Shown here in pieces: positions 1 to 10,677 of a DNA stretch of 53,809 bases. How positions within the stretch are numbered: position 1 is the first letter of the stretch; each line of letters opens with the position of its first letter. The position numbers were made by a program, and so were the translations under genes. The stretch covers positions 1 through 53,809 of the forward strand of contig DAOWAS010000002.1 in the NCBI GenBank assembly GCA_030634465.1, read 5' to 3'. Source of the stretch: Alphaproteobacteria bacterium. GTDB taxonomy: Bacteria > Pseudomonadota > Alphaproteobacteria > Sphingomonadales > SMXR01. Below the pieces are notes generated by a model, which saw only the letters and a list, made by a program, of their open reading frames with translations, made no database searches and was not told the DNA's origin.

Positions 1-567
1 TCCTGGTCAGGGCAGTATGAATATATGGAGCGGGCGAAGGAACGCCTGTCTATACTCATACCCGTGGCAATTGCGGTTATTGTCCTGCTTTTATACATAA
101 ATTTTCGCAACATGATGTCAGTGGCAATAATTTTAGGCACATTGCCATTGTCGCTTGTGGGTGGGCTTTGGCTTCTGGACATTCTGTCGTTTAATTTTTC
201 TGTGGCGGTGGGTGTTGGTTTCATTGCACTTGCGGGCATTGCCGTGGAAATTGGCGTTATAATGATAACTTATCTGGATCAGTCGCTAAAAAAATATAAA
301 GGTGGCTTGTCTGATGGTGAGGGGGCTAGCGAAGCGGGCATTTTAGCCGCAGTTACCGACGGGGCATTGTTGCGGGTGCGCCCCGTTATGATGACCGTAA
401 GCGCCACCATTGCAGGGTTGTTGCCCATAATGTTTGGCACTGGCACAGGGTCTGAGGTTATGCAACGCATAGCCGCACCCATGGTTGGGGGCTTGGTTAG
501 CGCAACTGTGTTAACACTATTTGTTGTCCCTGCCGCTTATTTTCTGTGGAAGAGAAGGGGTGTCTAG
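1..567 (+). CDS. CusA/CzcA-family heavy-metal RND efflux pump, C-terminal fragment (gene runs off the left edge of the window)
   Basis: Frame 1 is open from nt 1 (SWSGQYEYMERAKERL...), so the ORF-track Met at 25 is internal. The hydrophobic C-terminal TM bundle (GFIALAGIAVEIGV, RVRPVMMT, GLLPIMF) is typical of CusA/CzcA. TAG stop at 565-567. Confidence 0.8.
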   Translation, partial: SWSGQYEYMERAKERLSILIPVAIAVIVLLLYINFRNMMSVAIILGTLPLSLVGGLWLLDILSFNFSVAVGVGFIALAGIAVEIGVIMITYLDQSLKKYKGGLSDGEGASEAGILAAVTDGALLRVRPVMMTVSATIAGLLPIMFGTGTGSEVMQRIAAPMVGGLVSATVLTLFVVPAAYFLWKRRGV

Positions 568-918
568 CTAAATCTTCTTAACAAACTCAGACTTTAAGCC
601 CATGGCACCAACGCCGGGGATTTTGCAATCTATGTCATGGTCGCCGTCAACTAACCTGATGTTTTTAACCTTGGTGCCGACCTTAACAACTTGGGACGAG
701 CCTTTAACTTTCAGGTCTTTTATAACCGTAACACTATCGCCATCAGCTAATGGGGTGCCGTTACTGTCGCGTGTTTGTTTTGTGGTGTCTTCTTCTGAGC
801 TATCAGCACCATCAGCACCCAACACCCACTCATAGGCACATTCAGGGCAAACCAGCATGGCGCCATCTTCGTAAGTGTAGGGGGAAGAGCATTTCGGGCA
901 GGCTGGTAGTTCACTCAT
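568..918 (-). CDS. yjdM: YjdM/PhnA zinc-ribbon protein
   Basis: N-terminal CPKC...CPEC zinc ribbon. The C-terminus ([42 protein letters not shown]...LKSEFVKK) follows E. coli YjdM closely. Start placed at MSELPACP; an alternative ATG is at 933. Confidence 0.85.
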   Translation of the reverse strand: MSELPACPKCSSPYTYEDGAMLVCPECAYEWVLGADGADSSEEDTTKQTRDSNGTPLADGDSVTVIKDLKVKGSSQVVKVGTKVKNIRLVDGDHDIDCKIPGVGAMGLKSEFVKKI

Positions 919-960
919 GATCTGTTCTTTCAATTGTTTTATTGGCGGTTTTTGTTTTGC

Positions 961-1485
961 TTAATGGGTGGTTAGTTCGCCGCTACGGGTGTGTTCCATG
1001 AAAGTTAGCGACTGACGAAATTCGCCAATGGTAACGGTAATGGTGTTCACCTGTTCGTCAAACGAGCCCATAAGCAAAGAGTTTTCAAACGAAAGGGTGG
1101 TTGGGGCTATTTCCATTTGAGTTTCTTCGTAAACCCACAAAACATTACCATCTAGTTCATAACCAACCCAGATACGTTCAATGTTTTGACCATTTGCTTT
1201 CACGGCAAAATGAGATGCCATGTAACTGCGTAAAACGGGTGATATGGCATCAGGCATTTCAAAGTTCAGTTCTTGCCCTGCTGTTTTGGACAAGGTTGCT
1301 TCCATGTCGTGGGCAAAAAACCTGTGAGAAAACTCTAAATTCTGTTTTGTCTGGTTGTACTGAACCCGCGTCATGGCGGCATAATATTTATGCGCATTTG
1401 CCATTTGAAAGCTTGTAGCCGCCAGCACAAGGCTGACGGCTATAATGGTAAAAAGCTTATCTAATTTGTTGGTTTTAAGCTTCAT
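961..1485 (-). CDS. Hypothetical exported protein, possibly the DUF6702-type partner of M1 peptidases
   Basis: 174 aa with an N-terminal signal/anchor (LFTIIAVSLVLAATSFQMANA). It starts 5 nt after the stop of the co-oriented M1 peptidase gene. The DUF assignment is from memory only. Confidence 0.5.
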   Translation of the reverse strand: MKLKTNKLDKLFTIIAVSLVLAATSFQMANAHKYYAAMTRVQYNQTKQNLEFSHRFFAHDMEATLSKTAGQELNFEMPDAISPVLRSYMASHFAVKANGQNIERIWVGYELDGNVLWVYEETQMEIAPTTLSFENSLLMGSFDEQVNTITVTIGEFRQSLTFMEHTRSGELTTH

Positions 1486-1490
1486 TGTTT

Positions 1491-3893
1491 TTATTCACTG
1501 GCATCTTTGTTTTCGTCTTCGTCCTCACCATCTTCCTCTTCCTCATGCTCGTGCATTTCAGGAAATTCTTCTATGTGAATTTCTTCCATAAGGTTAGGGG
1601 TTGTCTCGCGCTTAAACAGTTCCAAACGTGTTTCCACAGCGCGGCGTGGCCAGTGGTTGTTGGTTACATCTGCATCGGCTGTTTCCATTTTTGGATCAAG
1701 CGTAATTGAAGTAACCTCTTTCGGGGTTACAAATAGTTTGGTGATGCTGTTGTTGTTACGGCGCCAAACTTCAGCAGGAATACGCACATGGTCTGTGGTG
1801 CCATCAGTATATTCAACATCCAGCAATATTGGCATTACCAAACCACCAACATTTGAAAATTCAACAAAATAGAAATTGTGTCCAGCGTCTAAAAGCTCTT
1901 TTTCCCACGGCTCTAGCGCCTCTACCATGGTTTCAAACTTTGTCCGATCTTTATCCGTGGTGGTGAAGTTGTCATGTTCATTATAAAAATCGAGCATGTC
2001 CGGTGAGCGTTCCACCATGGTTTCCAAATCGGTAAAATTATGCCCCGGCCATACGCGGTCTTCTAAATCGCGCTCACGTGCAAGGGGGTTTTCAATATCA
2101 GGATTTGCCGTGTCAATGGTGGCCCATGTTACATGGTCAATTGACATATCTACATGATCGGTGGTGTAAAACCAACCACGCCAGAACCAGTCTAGGTCTA
2201 CACCTGAGGCATCTTCAAGTGATCTGAAAAAGTCAGCAGGGTATGGACGTTTAAACTTCCACCTGTTTGAATATTCTTTAAAAGCAAAGTCGAACAGCTC
2301 AGGGCCAACAACTGTTTCGCGCAGGATATTAAGCGCAACAGCAGGCTTGCCATAAGCATTGTTGCCAAACTGCAAAATGCTATCTGACTGGGTCATAATT
2401 GGCACCTGATTGGTGGACAACATATAGTCTATTAGATTTCTGGGGTCAGCACGGCGTGTTGGATAATCGTCTTCCCACTCGCGCTCGGCAATTGTTTGCA
2501 GGTATGAGTTTAACCCTTCGTCCATCCATGTCCAGTTGCGCTCGTCAGTATCAACAATCATCGGGAACCAGTTATGGCCTACTTCGTGAATGATAACTGT
2601 GATTAAGCCGTATTTTGCCCGCTTGGTGTATGTGCGGTGACCATCGCTTTCATCAATTACCGGGCGGGGGCCGTTGAAGGTGATCATAGGGTATTCCATG
2701 CCGCCAACAGGGCCGTTCACAGAAATTGAAACTGGGTATGGGTAATCAAAAGTATGTTTTGAATATACATCCAGTGTGTGGACAATAGACATGGTTGAAT
2801 ATTTATCCCAAAGCGGCATGCCTTCTTCTGGATAGTAAGACATTGCCATTACCACATCGCCATCACTTGGGCGTTCCCAGCCTTGAGCGTCCCAAACAAA
2901 TTTGCGCGATGATGCAAAAGCAAAGTCACGCACATTTTCAGCTTCGAAGTGCCATGTTTTGGTCTCGTCAGTGCCAGCTTCTTGGTTGGCAATGGCTTCT
3001 TCGGCAGTAACAATAAATACGGGCCTGTCCGATGTTTCAGCCTCTTCCAGACGTTCTTGTTGCTCATCGCTTAATACGTCATCAGGGTTTTGTAGCACAC
3101 CTGTAGAGCCAACAATATGATCCGCAGGCACGGTAATTTTCACATCATAATCGCCGAACTCTAATGTAAACTCACCACGACCCAAAAATTCTTTGGTGTT
3201 CCAGCCATCAACATCAGTATAGGCGGACAAACGTGGGTACCACTGTGCTATTTCATAAAGGTAATTGCCGTCTTCTTCGAAAAACTCGTAACCACCGCGA
3301 CCACCCATGGCATCGCTATCAATAATATGGTTGTTCCAATCGATCTTAATCTCAATGGATTTGCCAGATTTTAGTGGTCTTGGCAGGTCAATACGCATAA
3401 CCGTATCCAAAATGGTGGTTGGCAAATCGTTGCCGTCATCGTCCTTCACTGCGGTGATGTTGTAACCATGCTCAACATCTTTCCTCATTAAAATGTTGCG
3501 CAGTGAATTAAAGCTCAGGCGCTCAGTTCCGCCAGTGGTAGTGGTCAGGTCTTGGTTAGAATTATCGGCAAAGCGATTTTGATCCAGTTGCAGCCAAAGG
3601 TAGCGCAATTCATCTGGCGAGTTATTTGAATATGTAATTACTTCAGAACCAGTTATCCACTGGCGCTCATCATCCAAGGTAACCTCTATGTCATAATCGA
3701 CCTTTTGCTGCCAATATTGATGGCCTGGCGCACCAGATCCTGTGCGGTACACGTTTGGGGTTGGCAACACTTCTTCTAATTGTCTGAACTTGTCTTCAAA
3801 CTCACCCTTTGTTTGCTGCACACTGTGCGCGGCAACTGAAATTGAAATGATTGAAACTGCAAGAGCCGCCATTAAACCAATAAAACGGTACAT
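1491..3893 (-). CDS. M1-family (gluzincin) metallopeptidase, secreted
   Basis: Signal peptide MYRFIGLMAALAVSIISISVAA. HEVGH followed 19 residues later by the E of WMDEGLNSY (the HExxH-x18-E zinc site). 800 aa with an acidic tail, HEHEEEEDGEDEDENKDASE. Confidence 0.9.
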   Translation of the reverse strand: MYRFIGLMAALAVSIISISVAAHSVQQTKGEFEDKFRQLEEVLPTPNVYRTGSGAPGHQYWQQKVDYDIEVTLDDERQWITGSEVITYSNNSPDELRYLWLQLDQNRFADNSNQDLTTTTGGTERLSFNSLRNILMRKDVEHGYNITAVKDDDGNDLPTTILDTVMRIDLPRPLKSGKSIEIKIDWNNHIIDSDAMGGRGGYEFFEEDGNYLYEIAQWYPRLSAYTDVDGWNTKEFLGRGEFTLEFGDYDVKITVPADHIVGSTGVLQNPDDVLSDEQQERLEEAETSDRPVFIVTAEEAIANQEAGTDETKTWHFEAENVRDFAFASSRKFVWDAQGWERPSDGDVVMAMSYYPEEGMPLWDKYSTMSIVHTLDVYSKHTFDYPYPVSISVNGPVGGMEYPMITFNGPRPVIDESDGHRTYTKRAKYGLITVIIHEVGHNWFPMIVDTDERNWTWMDEGLNSYLQTIAEREWEDDYPTRRADPRNLIDYMLSTNQVPIMTQSDSILQFGNNAYGKPAVALNILRETVVGPELFDFAFKEYSNRWKFKRPYPADFFRSLEDASGVDLDWFWRGWFYTTDHVDMSIDHVTWATIDTANPDIENPLARERDLEDRVWPGHNFTDLETMVERSPDMLDFYNEHDNFTTTDKDRTKFETMVEALEPWEKELLDAGHNFYFVEFSNVGGLVMPILLDVEYTDGTTDHVRIPAEVWRRNNNSITKLFVTPKEVTSITLDPKMETADADVTNNHWPRRAVETRLELFKRETTPNLMEEIHIEEFPEMHEHEEEEDGEDEDENKDASE

Positions 3894-4096
3894 ATATTTT
3901 CCTATTTTTTTTTGAGGTTTTTCTGTTGCGCAATAAATAATTTTAATATTTAGTATGTGAACCTATAGGCAGTAAGCTGGCTAATCAAGTGTAAACAAAC
4001 GGGCTTCATTGCATCTCACTTACTTATATTATAATATTCTTATATTGTATGGAGTGTGTAGGAGTATTGATACATTTTTCTAATTCAGGGTGGGTG

Positions 4097-5572
4097 ATGG
4101 AGGTTTCTTTGTTAACAGGAAAAAAAATTCTTATAGTAGAAGATAGTAAGACCGTACGAAGCATTATTTCTAAGGTGTTTAGTGATGCTGGGTGCGAGGT
4201 TTCTACCGCCATTAATGGGCTGGATGCTATTGAGAAAATTTCAGACCTGCGCCCTGATTTAATAACCACAGATGTGGATATGCCGCAAATGGATGGCTAT
4301 GAGTTTTGCACCTATATCCGCTCAGGCCAAGACCCTTCTGTGCCAGATGAAATTTCACAAACACCAATTATGGTTATCACGTCCAGTGATACCTACGGGA
4401 TGCGTGAAAAATGGTTTGAGTTCGGAGCAGCTGAGTTCATTTTAAAGCCTTTTGAGAATGACGAGCTTATAGATGCGGCAAAGAGAATTCTGGTTCCCGA
4501 TATTTCCATAAAAAATCTGACCGTATTAATAGCCGAAGATAGCGCAGCTTTGCGGAACATGTTTTCGGGAATAATATCAAGCATTGGCATTAATGTGCTG
4601 ACAGCTGAAAACGGCAAGCAAGCACTCGATCTTGTTAGTGACAAGCAAAATAATATCGATTTGCTGTTTACTGATTATGAAATGCCAGAGATGGATGGCT
4701 TGGAGCTGTGTAAAGCTGCACGAGTTGCAGGCTTTCACCAACCAATTATTTTTTTGACAGCAGTTTCAGATAAAAGCAAGATCATGGATGCCTTTAATAA
4801 TGGGGCAACTGATTATCTTTTAAAGCCTTTTCTGAATGATGAGCTTTTGGCGCGTATGAAGGTTCATCTGGTGAACCAGGCCTTGAAAAAAGATCAACAG
4901 CAACGTTTGAATGTCCTTGAAAGTAAAGTTGTTTCTGGAAACAAAGAGTTGGTTGAAAATCAAATTTCTGCACTGCATATGATGGCTTCTTTAATAGAGC
5001 ATAGGGACCCTGAAACAGGCAAACACACCCAAAGAACTCAAAAATATATTGAAACAATGTTGAATGAACTGATTAAAATACCTAAATATCAGGCACAGTT
5101 TGGGCTTGAAGATGTCGCTAACATTGTTCAGTCATCACCTTTGCACGATGTCGGTAAAACGGCTGTTTCTGATGCAATACTATTGAAACCGGGCAAGCTC
5201 ACTGATGAAGAGTTTGAAATTATGAAGCATCATACCATTCATGGGGAAAATGCCTTGAGATCGGGTGAGCAAAATTCGTTTATGATCTATGCTGCAGAAA
5301 TAGCAGGAAGCCATCATGAGAAGTGGGATGGAACTGGCTACCCTCGCGGCTTGTCGGGAGAGGATATCCCAATGTCTGGCCGTTTGATGGCGCTGGCTGA
5401 TGTTTACGATGCCTTGAGGTCAGAGCGTGTTTATAAAGATGCAATGTCTCATGACAAGTCAAAGCAAATAATTCTGGAGGGCAGTGGCAAACACTTTGAC
5501 CCGCTATTGGTAGATTTATTTATAAAACTGGAAGATGAGTTTCAGCATATAGCCATAAAGTTTGCCGATTAA
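4097..5572 (+). CDS. Response regulator with two receiver domains and an HD-GYP phosphodiesterase domain (RpfG-like)
   Basis: REC1 is KKILIVEDS...TDVDMPQMDG. REC2 is LTVLIAEDS...TDYEMPEMDG. The HD-GYP domain has PLHDVGK...HHEKWDGTGYPRGL. Start placed at ATG 4097 (GGGTGG 4-9 nt upstream); the ORF-track ATG at 4049 is possible. Confidence 0.85.
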   Translation: MEVSLLTGKKILIVEDSKTVRSIISKVFSDAGCEVSTAINGLDAIEKISDLRPDLITTDVDMPQMDGYEFCTYIRSGQDPSVPDEISQTPIMVITSSDTYGMREKWFEFGAAEFILKPFENDELIDAAKRILVPDISIKNLTVLIAEDSAALRNMFSGIISSIGINVLTAENGKQALDLVSDKQNNIDLLFTDYEMPEMDGLELCKAARVAGFHQPIIFLTAVSDKSKIMDAFNNGATDYLLKPFLNDELLARMKVHLVNQALKKDQQQRLNVLESKVVSGNKELVENQISALHMMASLIEHRDPETGKHTQRTQKYIETMLNELIKIPKYQAQFGLEDVANIVQSSPLHDVGKTAVSDAILLKPGKLTDEEFEIMKHHTIHGENALRSGEQNSFMIYAAEIAGSHHEKWDGTGYPRGLSGEDIPMSGRLMALADVYDALRSERVYKDAMSHDKSKQIILEGSGKHFDPLLVDLFIKLEDEFQHIAIKFAD

Positions 5573-5706
5573 TTTCTGTTGTTATTGCTTAAAATACCGC
5601 CCCAACCTATTAGGCATATCTCGCCATGTAAAAGCGGCAGAAAAAGCCACAGTTAAATCTGTTGATTTACTTTTTAGTTAGAAACTTAATGTGTTCTGTC
5701 GCGCCC

Positions 5707-5946
5707 TTAACCAGATCGTGCAGCACCACGGCTAGAGGCTGCCAAGTTTGGAATATTCTTACCACCGCCAGCTTTACCGCCTTTGTTTAATTGCGCATCA
5801 AACTTGCCTGGATTGTTTTTTTGTTCTGCGACAGCAGCGGGAATAGGGTCTTCACCCGTCTCATGCACCACTGCAGGGGCTGATTTTGCGGCATGCGCTT
5901 GGGCTAATCTTTTTTTCTTGCGTTCACGTGCTCTGGCTTTACTCAT
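5707..5946 (-). CDS. Small basic Lys/Arg/Gly-rich protein, hypothetical
   Basis: 79 aa, starting MSKARARERKKKRLAQ, with a GAGAGGG Shine-Dalgarno about 8 nt upstream of the ATG. Low-complexity; no recognisable family. Confidence 0.45.
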   Translation of the reverse strand: MSKARARERKKKRLAQAHAAKSAPAVVHETGEDPIPAAVAEQKNNPGKFDAQLNKGGKAGGGKNIPNLAASSRGAARSG

Positions 5947-6018
5947 CGGGCTACCCTCTCTTTTCGGTTAATACATACATTAGCCTATGCTCTAAAAAAA
6001 GGGAAGAGGATGGCGTTT

Positions 6019-6360
6019 CTAACTCTCATAAAACACATCATACATGGACGTGTATTTTTCTTTTTCTAGCAAAAAATTGTTGTCTTCGGGGTAATATTTA
6101 GCAAGTTCAGGCTCGTCACCGGCAAACTTTTCAACTGAAGACAGGCAGTCCCATATGGTTACTAGAAGGAAATGTGCTTTATCGCCTTCATTTTTTCGTT
6201 GAAAATATAGCTTCAACAACCCCTCAACAGAACCATAATCTGGTGCCGCTTTTTCAATCATAAATTTTTCATACTCATCGCCATTTTCGATGGCGACTTC
6301 TCCGTGCCATAATCTCATTATTGTCATAATACAGAGTGCCCGTTTTTTGTTCGAAACCAT
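6019..6360 (-). CDS. ABM-like (dimeric alpha/beta-barrel, antibiotic-biosynthesis-monooxygenase fold) protein
   Basis: About 100-aa core: RLWHGEV...YEKFM...FLLVTIWDCLSSVEKFAGDEPE...YDVFYE. This resembles small ABM-domain proteins. The start is uncertain (6360 or the internal MTIMRLW). Confidence 0.55.
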   Translation of the reverse strand: MVSNKKRALCIMTIMRLWHGEVAIENGDEYEKFMIEKAAPDYGSVEGLLKLYFQRKNEGDKAHFLLVTIWDCLSSVEKFAGDEPELAKYYPEDNNFLLEKEKYTSMYDVFYES

Positions 6361-6443
6361 TTTATAGTAACGGTTTCATTTTGCCATTTTGTAGGTTTAG
6401 TTGTTTTGCGAAAATTTCTCAGTTCGCAACACCAAACCCAGTA

Positions 6444-7379
6444 CTAACCATCTTTATTTATAATAGTGATTAACTCGTTGACCGTATTTGGTGCATCTAA
6501 ATTAGCAACCTGACAGGTGCCCGCAGCACTATGGCCTCCGCCGCCATATTTCAAACAAAGCTCTCCCACATTGGTGGCGGAAGACCGATCTAATATTGAT
6601 TTTCCGATAGCAAGAACTGTATTTTGCTTATCTTTACCCCACATTACATGAATAGAAATATTACACTTGGGGTAAATGGCGTAAATCAAGAAACGATTGC
6701 CAGTAAAAATGGTTTCTTCTTCCCGCAAGTCCAAAATAACTAGGTTTTTATGGACGGTTGAGCAGCGCTGAACTTGTTCCTTGAACTTTTCATTTTGCTC
6801 AAAATACAGTTTAATGCGCTCCTCCACGTCGGGCATTAAAAGAATTTCATCTATGCTCATTTCGCGGCAGCAATCGATTAAATTCATCATCAATTGGTAG
6901 TTTGAAATTCTGAATTTATGAAAGCGGCCCAGTCCGGTTCGGCTGTCCATTATAAAACTCAATAATACCCAACCCTTAGGGTCAAGAATTTCGCTTTCGC
7001 TAAATTGGGCTGAATCTGCCCGATCCACAGCATCCATCATCTCTTCACTAATTTTGGGAAACTTCTCGCTTCCACCATAGTGGTTATAAGCAACCCGCGC
7101 GGCAGATGGTGCATCAGGGTCGTTTATTAAATTGCTAATTTCCCCACCGCCTAGGCGACTAGTTTCGCTGGAATGATGGTCAATACAAAGGTGGCAGCCC
7201 TCTACGTAAGGCAGGTTAGTAGTTATGTCGCGGTCAGTAATTTCAACTAGGCCGTCTTGCATATCCTTTGGGTGAACAAATTTTATTTCGTCTATAAGGC
7301 CCATTTCCTTCAATAAGGCTGCGCAAACTAAACCATCAAAATCACTTCTGGTTACTAAACGATATTTTGTATCCGACAC
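6444..7379 (-). CDS. DHH-family phosphoesterase (exopolyphosphatase-related)
   Basis: 311 aa. The N-terminus (LVTRSDFDGLVCAALLKE...FVHPKDM) and the later IDHHS and GGGGHSAAG motifs are DHH/DHHA1-like. Confidence 0.6.
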   Translation of the reverse strand: MSDTKYRLVTRSDFDGLVCAALLKEMGLIDEIKFVHPKDMQDGLVEITDRDITTNLPYVEGCHLCIDHHSSETSRLGGGEISNLINDPDAPSAARVAYNHYGGSEKFPKISEEMMDAVDRADSAQFSESEILDPKGWVLLSFIMDSRTGLGRFHKFRISNYQLMMNLIDCCREMSIDEILLMPDVEERIKLYFEQNEKFKEQVQRCSTVHKNLVILDLREEETIFTGNRFLIYAIYPKCNISIHVMWGKDKQNTVLAIGKSILDRSSATNVGELCLKYGGGGHSAAGTCQVANLDAPNTVNELITIINKDG

Positions 7380-7602
7380 AATCTATTCCCCCATTTTTTG
7401 CCCTAAGTCACTATTACAATTTACAAATTCAATGCCATGTTCCAATGATATTAGTGGAAAGTCAAGGAATTGAAAATGCTTTAGCAATGGAATGTAACTG
7501 TTGGTCAAGGGTATGGGAAAGGTTATTACTTGGTCTAAAACAAACAGTATAATTTCAGCTTTGGATCATAATCAGGCGCTATTATCGAACTAAAATAAGT
7601 GT

Positions 7603-7710
7603 TGGTGATCACGGTAAGATTTACCGGCTCAAGTGCCGTTACCTTGCCGCTATCTCGAAATGCATTGCATTTCTGCGGCATTTTTGTTTTTGCGGTCGAA
7701 CCTGTCTTAC
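7603..7710. repeat. Structured repeat, copy 1 (tRNA-3'-end look-alike plus conserved hairpin)
   Basis: TGGTGATCACGG... aligns with copies at 22134 and 22303. Hairpin GCCGC(7646-7650)/GCGGC(7675-7679) encloses the palindrome GAAATGCATTGCATTTC, followed by ATTTTTGTTTTTG and the conserved TGCGGTCGAACCTGT. Confidence 0.75.
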
Positions 7711-7791
7711 ATTGTCTCAATGTAATTAGCTAAGTCGCACATTAATTGATCTTTATTCTAAAATCCAATAAGTAGTGGGTCTGGTGAATGC

Positions 7792-10437
7792 CTATAGAAG
7801 GTTTGACTTTGTTATTCGATGAAATTCATCAAGGCTTTCTTTTAGGGTTTTCTTTCCTATTTTTATTTCAGGTAAAAGTTTGGTTATATTCATTTTCTTT
7901 TCTTTTTTGCTTAATGTTTGGCACCAGTTTGTCATTTTAATAAAGCCAATAACGCCAGAAGCTCCTGTTAAACGATGAATATACTCTTGGAATTGTTTGG
8001 CATCATTGTTTGTAATTGCCTGCTCCATTAAGCTAAGTGTATTTGTGCAATTATCCTCGTATGAGGTGAGCATTTTATTGAACTCATTTTCAGGTAACAG
8101 CTCGTTATATTCACTTAATATATCTAAATTTAGTAGCTTGGAAGTTGCTGTAGCACTGCGTGCTGGCGCTATAGTCTCGGTAATAATATGCCGATCAAAG
8201 TGATGGCTAATTAATTGGTTGAACTCTTTTTTGTCAAAGGGTTTCGGAATTGTGTCTAACATGCCGACAGAGCGGTAAACCTCTTTAGCATGGGCGGAAA
8301 GGTCTGCGGTAAAGGCAAAAATAAGCGGGATGTTTTTATTATCAGCAAAAATTTCTTTTATTCTTTTTGTGGTTTCAATGCCGTCCATTTCGGGCATGTG
8401 AATGTCCATTAAAACAATATCAAACTCATTATTAATAACTTTTGAAATTGTCTCCTCACCTGATGAAGCCGTATCAACCTCGTGATTATCTAAAGATAGA
8501 AGTTTTGCAATTGTAATGCGATTACTTTCAAAATCATCAACAAGTAAAATTTTAAGAGGCTTTATGTTTTCGCTAGGAAGGTTTGTATTTTCCATGGCCT
8601 GAGGTGAGCCTTCTTCAAGGGTTAGAATAACGGAAAAATCACTTCCCTTTCCCTTTGCGCTTTCAAGAACTATTTCCCCATCTAAGGCTTCAACCAACTG
8701 GTTGCAAATAGTAAGGCCTAGCCCGTTACCGCCATACTTGCGTGAGGTGCCGGTTTCCTCTTGTTTAAAGGCATTAAATATATTCTGCTGGTTTTCTGGC
8801 GAAATTCCAATGCCAGTATCTTTTACAGAAATGCAAAGGGGTGCTGTTTCATTATCCGCATTTTTATCAAGATAAAACGCCTCTAAGGTGACGGTGCCAG
8901 TAATGGTGAACTTTATTGCATTATCAAGCAGGTTGGTAATAATTTGCCTAATTAGAAATGGGTCGCTCATTAAAACTGGGGGCAAAGCATCAATATTTTT
9001 TACAAGTGCTATTTCTTTTTGAACCGCCTTGTCTTTCATCATATCGTAGATGTCATTCAACAGTTCAGTTGGGTCAAAGGCTGTTTTGTTTAGCTTAACT
9101 TCCTCGTTTTCATTTTTTGAAAAATCAAGAATGTCATTTAGTAGTTTTAATAGAAATTGACCTGAGCGGCTAAGGCGGTCTACTAGCTCTTTCTGAGTTT
9201 TGTTGGTTTTGGTGGCCTCTAAAAGCTGAGATGTACCTAGTATGGCAGAAAGTGGGGTTCTGATTTCGTGGCTGACCGTCGCAATGAACGCACTTTTGGC
9301 TTGGTTGGCAACTTCTGCTTCATTTAGAGCCTGACTTATGGCCTGCTCTGCTTTTCTTCTGCGTTTAATTTCTGATCTAAACCTAATAATAAAAATGGCT
9401 AATAAAATAGATGTTATGGATGCAAGAAGAGCCCCGCCCGTTAAATATTTTGTTTGTTCTTTTAGTTGTCCTAGCTCTCGCCCCAGTGGGTTTTGGTCAT
9501 AAATAAAACCACTCAAATCCATTTCTTTGGATAGTATTCCCAAACTAGCGTAGTAAGCTTGGGTTCTATCCCAGCGTTCATGACTGGTGAAGCCAATAGG
9601 GACAACCTCTGGCATAATAAGGGTTTCTGTTTCATTGGCTTCGTACAATAAGTGCTCACGAGATTTGGGCACATCATATTCCTGCAACATCAGGTCTACG
9701 GTTTCTTCTTTGTTGCTCATGGCATATTGCCAACCCTTAAGGCTTGCTTCTAAAAACGCGTTTACAAGCTCAGGGTTTTCGTCAATTTTGCTTTGTGATG
9801 TGAATAAGTTGTCGCCATAAAAATCTAGCCCACCCATAATTGGGCTGAAAACAGTGTAGGGGATATTGTCTTTTTGAAATAAATATGGTTCGTTTGTAGT
9901 GTATATGGTTATTGCTTCAATCTCACCATTTAATAGTTTTTCAGTTGAGAACTCATGCTCAATAAGATTTAGCTTACTTAGATCAACACCCTCAGCATAT
10001 AGATATGCATAAAGCTCGGTTGAGCCTTTTTCGATCATAATTTTACGAGTTGCAAGGTCGTGGATGTTTTGAACATTGCTTGACCCAAGGGACAAAAAAC
10101 CAACAGCCGAGTGTTGGAATATATTTGCCAATATAACAGGTTCGAACCCTTGTTCTTTAAGCAACAAAACATCAGAGGAACCAACGGCAAAGTCCGCATC
10201 TCCTGTCATTACGCTGGTTAGTGGGTCTATGCTTGTTCCAGCTTCTTTAATGGTAACCTTAAGCCCAGCATCACGATAATAGCCCATTTGTTGCGCAGCA
10301 TAATAGCCAGCAAATTGATATTGGTGCTTCCACTTTAATTGCAGGGTTATTTCGGCAATGTCGCCCTTAGCAAATGCTGAGCTGCAAAATAATAAACTAA
10401 CAACAATGATCAGTGATGATATTAACTTTTGGTACAT
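7792..10437 (-). CDS. Hybrid sensor histidine kinase: periplasmic NMT1/SsuA-like solute-binding domain, TM, HisKA, HATPase, REC, Hpt
   Basis: Signal peptide, then [28 protein letters not shown] (SBP-like). TM segment [21 protein letters not shown]-box [13 protein letters not shown] boxes [34 protein letters not shown]...[11 protein letters not shown]. Hpt [12 protein letters not shown]. Confidence 0.9.
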   Translation of the reverse strand: MYQKLISSLIIVVSLLFCSSAFAKGDIAEITLQLKWKHQYQFAGYYAAQQMGYYRDAGLKVTIKEAGTSIDPLTSVMTGDADFAVGSSDVLLLKEQGFEPVILANIFQHSAVGFLSLGSSNVQNIHDLATRKIMIEKGSTELYAYLYAEGVDLSKLNLIEHEFSTEKLLNGEIEAITIYTTNEPYLFQKDNIPYTVFSPIMGGLDFYGDNLFTSQSKIDENPELVNAFLEASLKGWQYAMSNKEETVDLMLQEYDVPKSREHLLYEANETETLIMPEVVPIGFTSHERWDRTQAYYASLGILSKEMDLSGFIYDQNPLGRELGQLKEQTKYLTGGALLASITSILLAIFIIRFRSEIKRRRKAEQAISQALNEAEVANQAKSAFIATVSHEIRTPLSAILGTSQLLEATKTNKTQKELVDRLSRSGQFLLKLLNDILDFSKNENEEVKLNKTAFDPTELLNDIYDMMKDKAVQKEIALVKNIDALPPVLMSDPFLIRQIITNLLDNAIKFTITGTVTLEAFYLDKNADNETAPLCISVKDTGIGISPENQQNIFNAFKQEETGTSRKYGGNGLGLTICNQLVEALDGEIVLESAKGKGSDFSVILTLEEGSPQAMENTNLPSENIKPLKILLVDDFESNRITIAKLLSLDNHEVDTASSGEETISKVINNEFDIVLMDIHMPEMDGIETTKRIKEIFADNKNIPLIFAFTADLSAHAKEVYRSVGMLDTIPKPFDKKEFNQLISHHFDRHIITETIAPARSATATSKLLNLDILSEYNELLPENEFNKMLTSYEDNCTNTLSLMEQAITNNDAKQFQEYIHRLTGASGVIGFIKMTNWCQTLSKKEKKMNITKLLPEIKIGKKTLKESLDEFHRITKSNLL

Positions 10438-10558
10438 AAAAAAGTCATCTTTGTGTTTGTTATAACAACTCTAACTGCCTGCTTATCAAACTATAATACC
10501 ATAGCGGTCACAAGATGAAAGGCTTTCTCTAAAGTTGGGGTTTTGCCAAACATTGCAG

Positions 10559-10582
10559 TGTTAGGAAGCTGTTAGAAAATGG
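10559..10582 (+). promoter_or_regulatory. Candidate OmpR/PhoB-type operator, site 1 (TGTTAGGAAGCTGTTAGAAAATGG)
   Basis: 7-bp direct repeat (C/G)TGTTAG with a 4-bp A-rich spacer (11-bp period). It lies in the divergent kinase/regulator intergenic region, 96 nt upstream of the regulator start. A near-identical site is at 11446-11468. Confidence 0.55.
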
Positions 10583-10677
10583 TTTGAGTTTAATTTGGTG
10601 TTGCGTTTACAATTTATTTTAAATTAAGTATTTTGCATATAAACTGTGCAATTAAGCTGCAATGATAGTTATGAATA

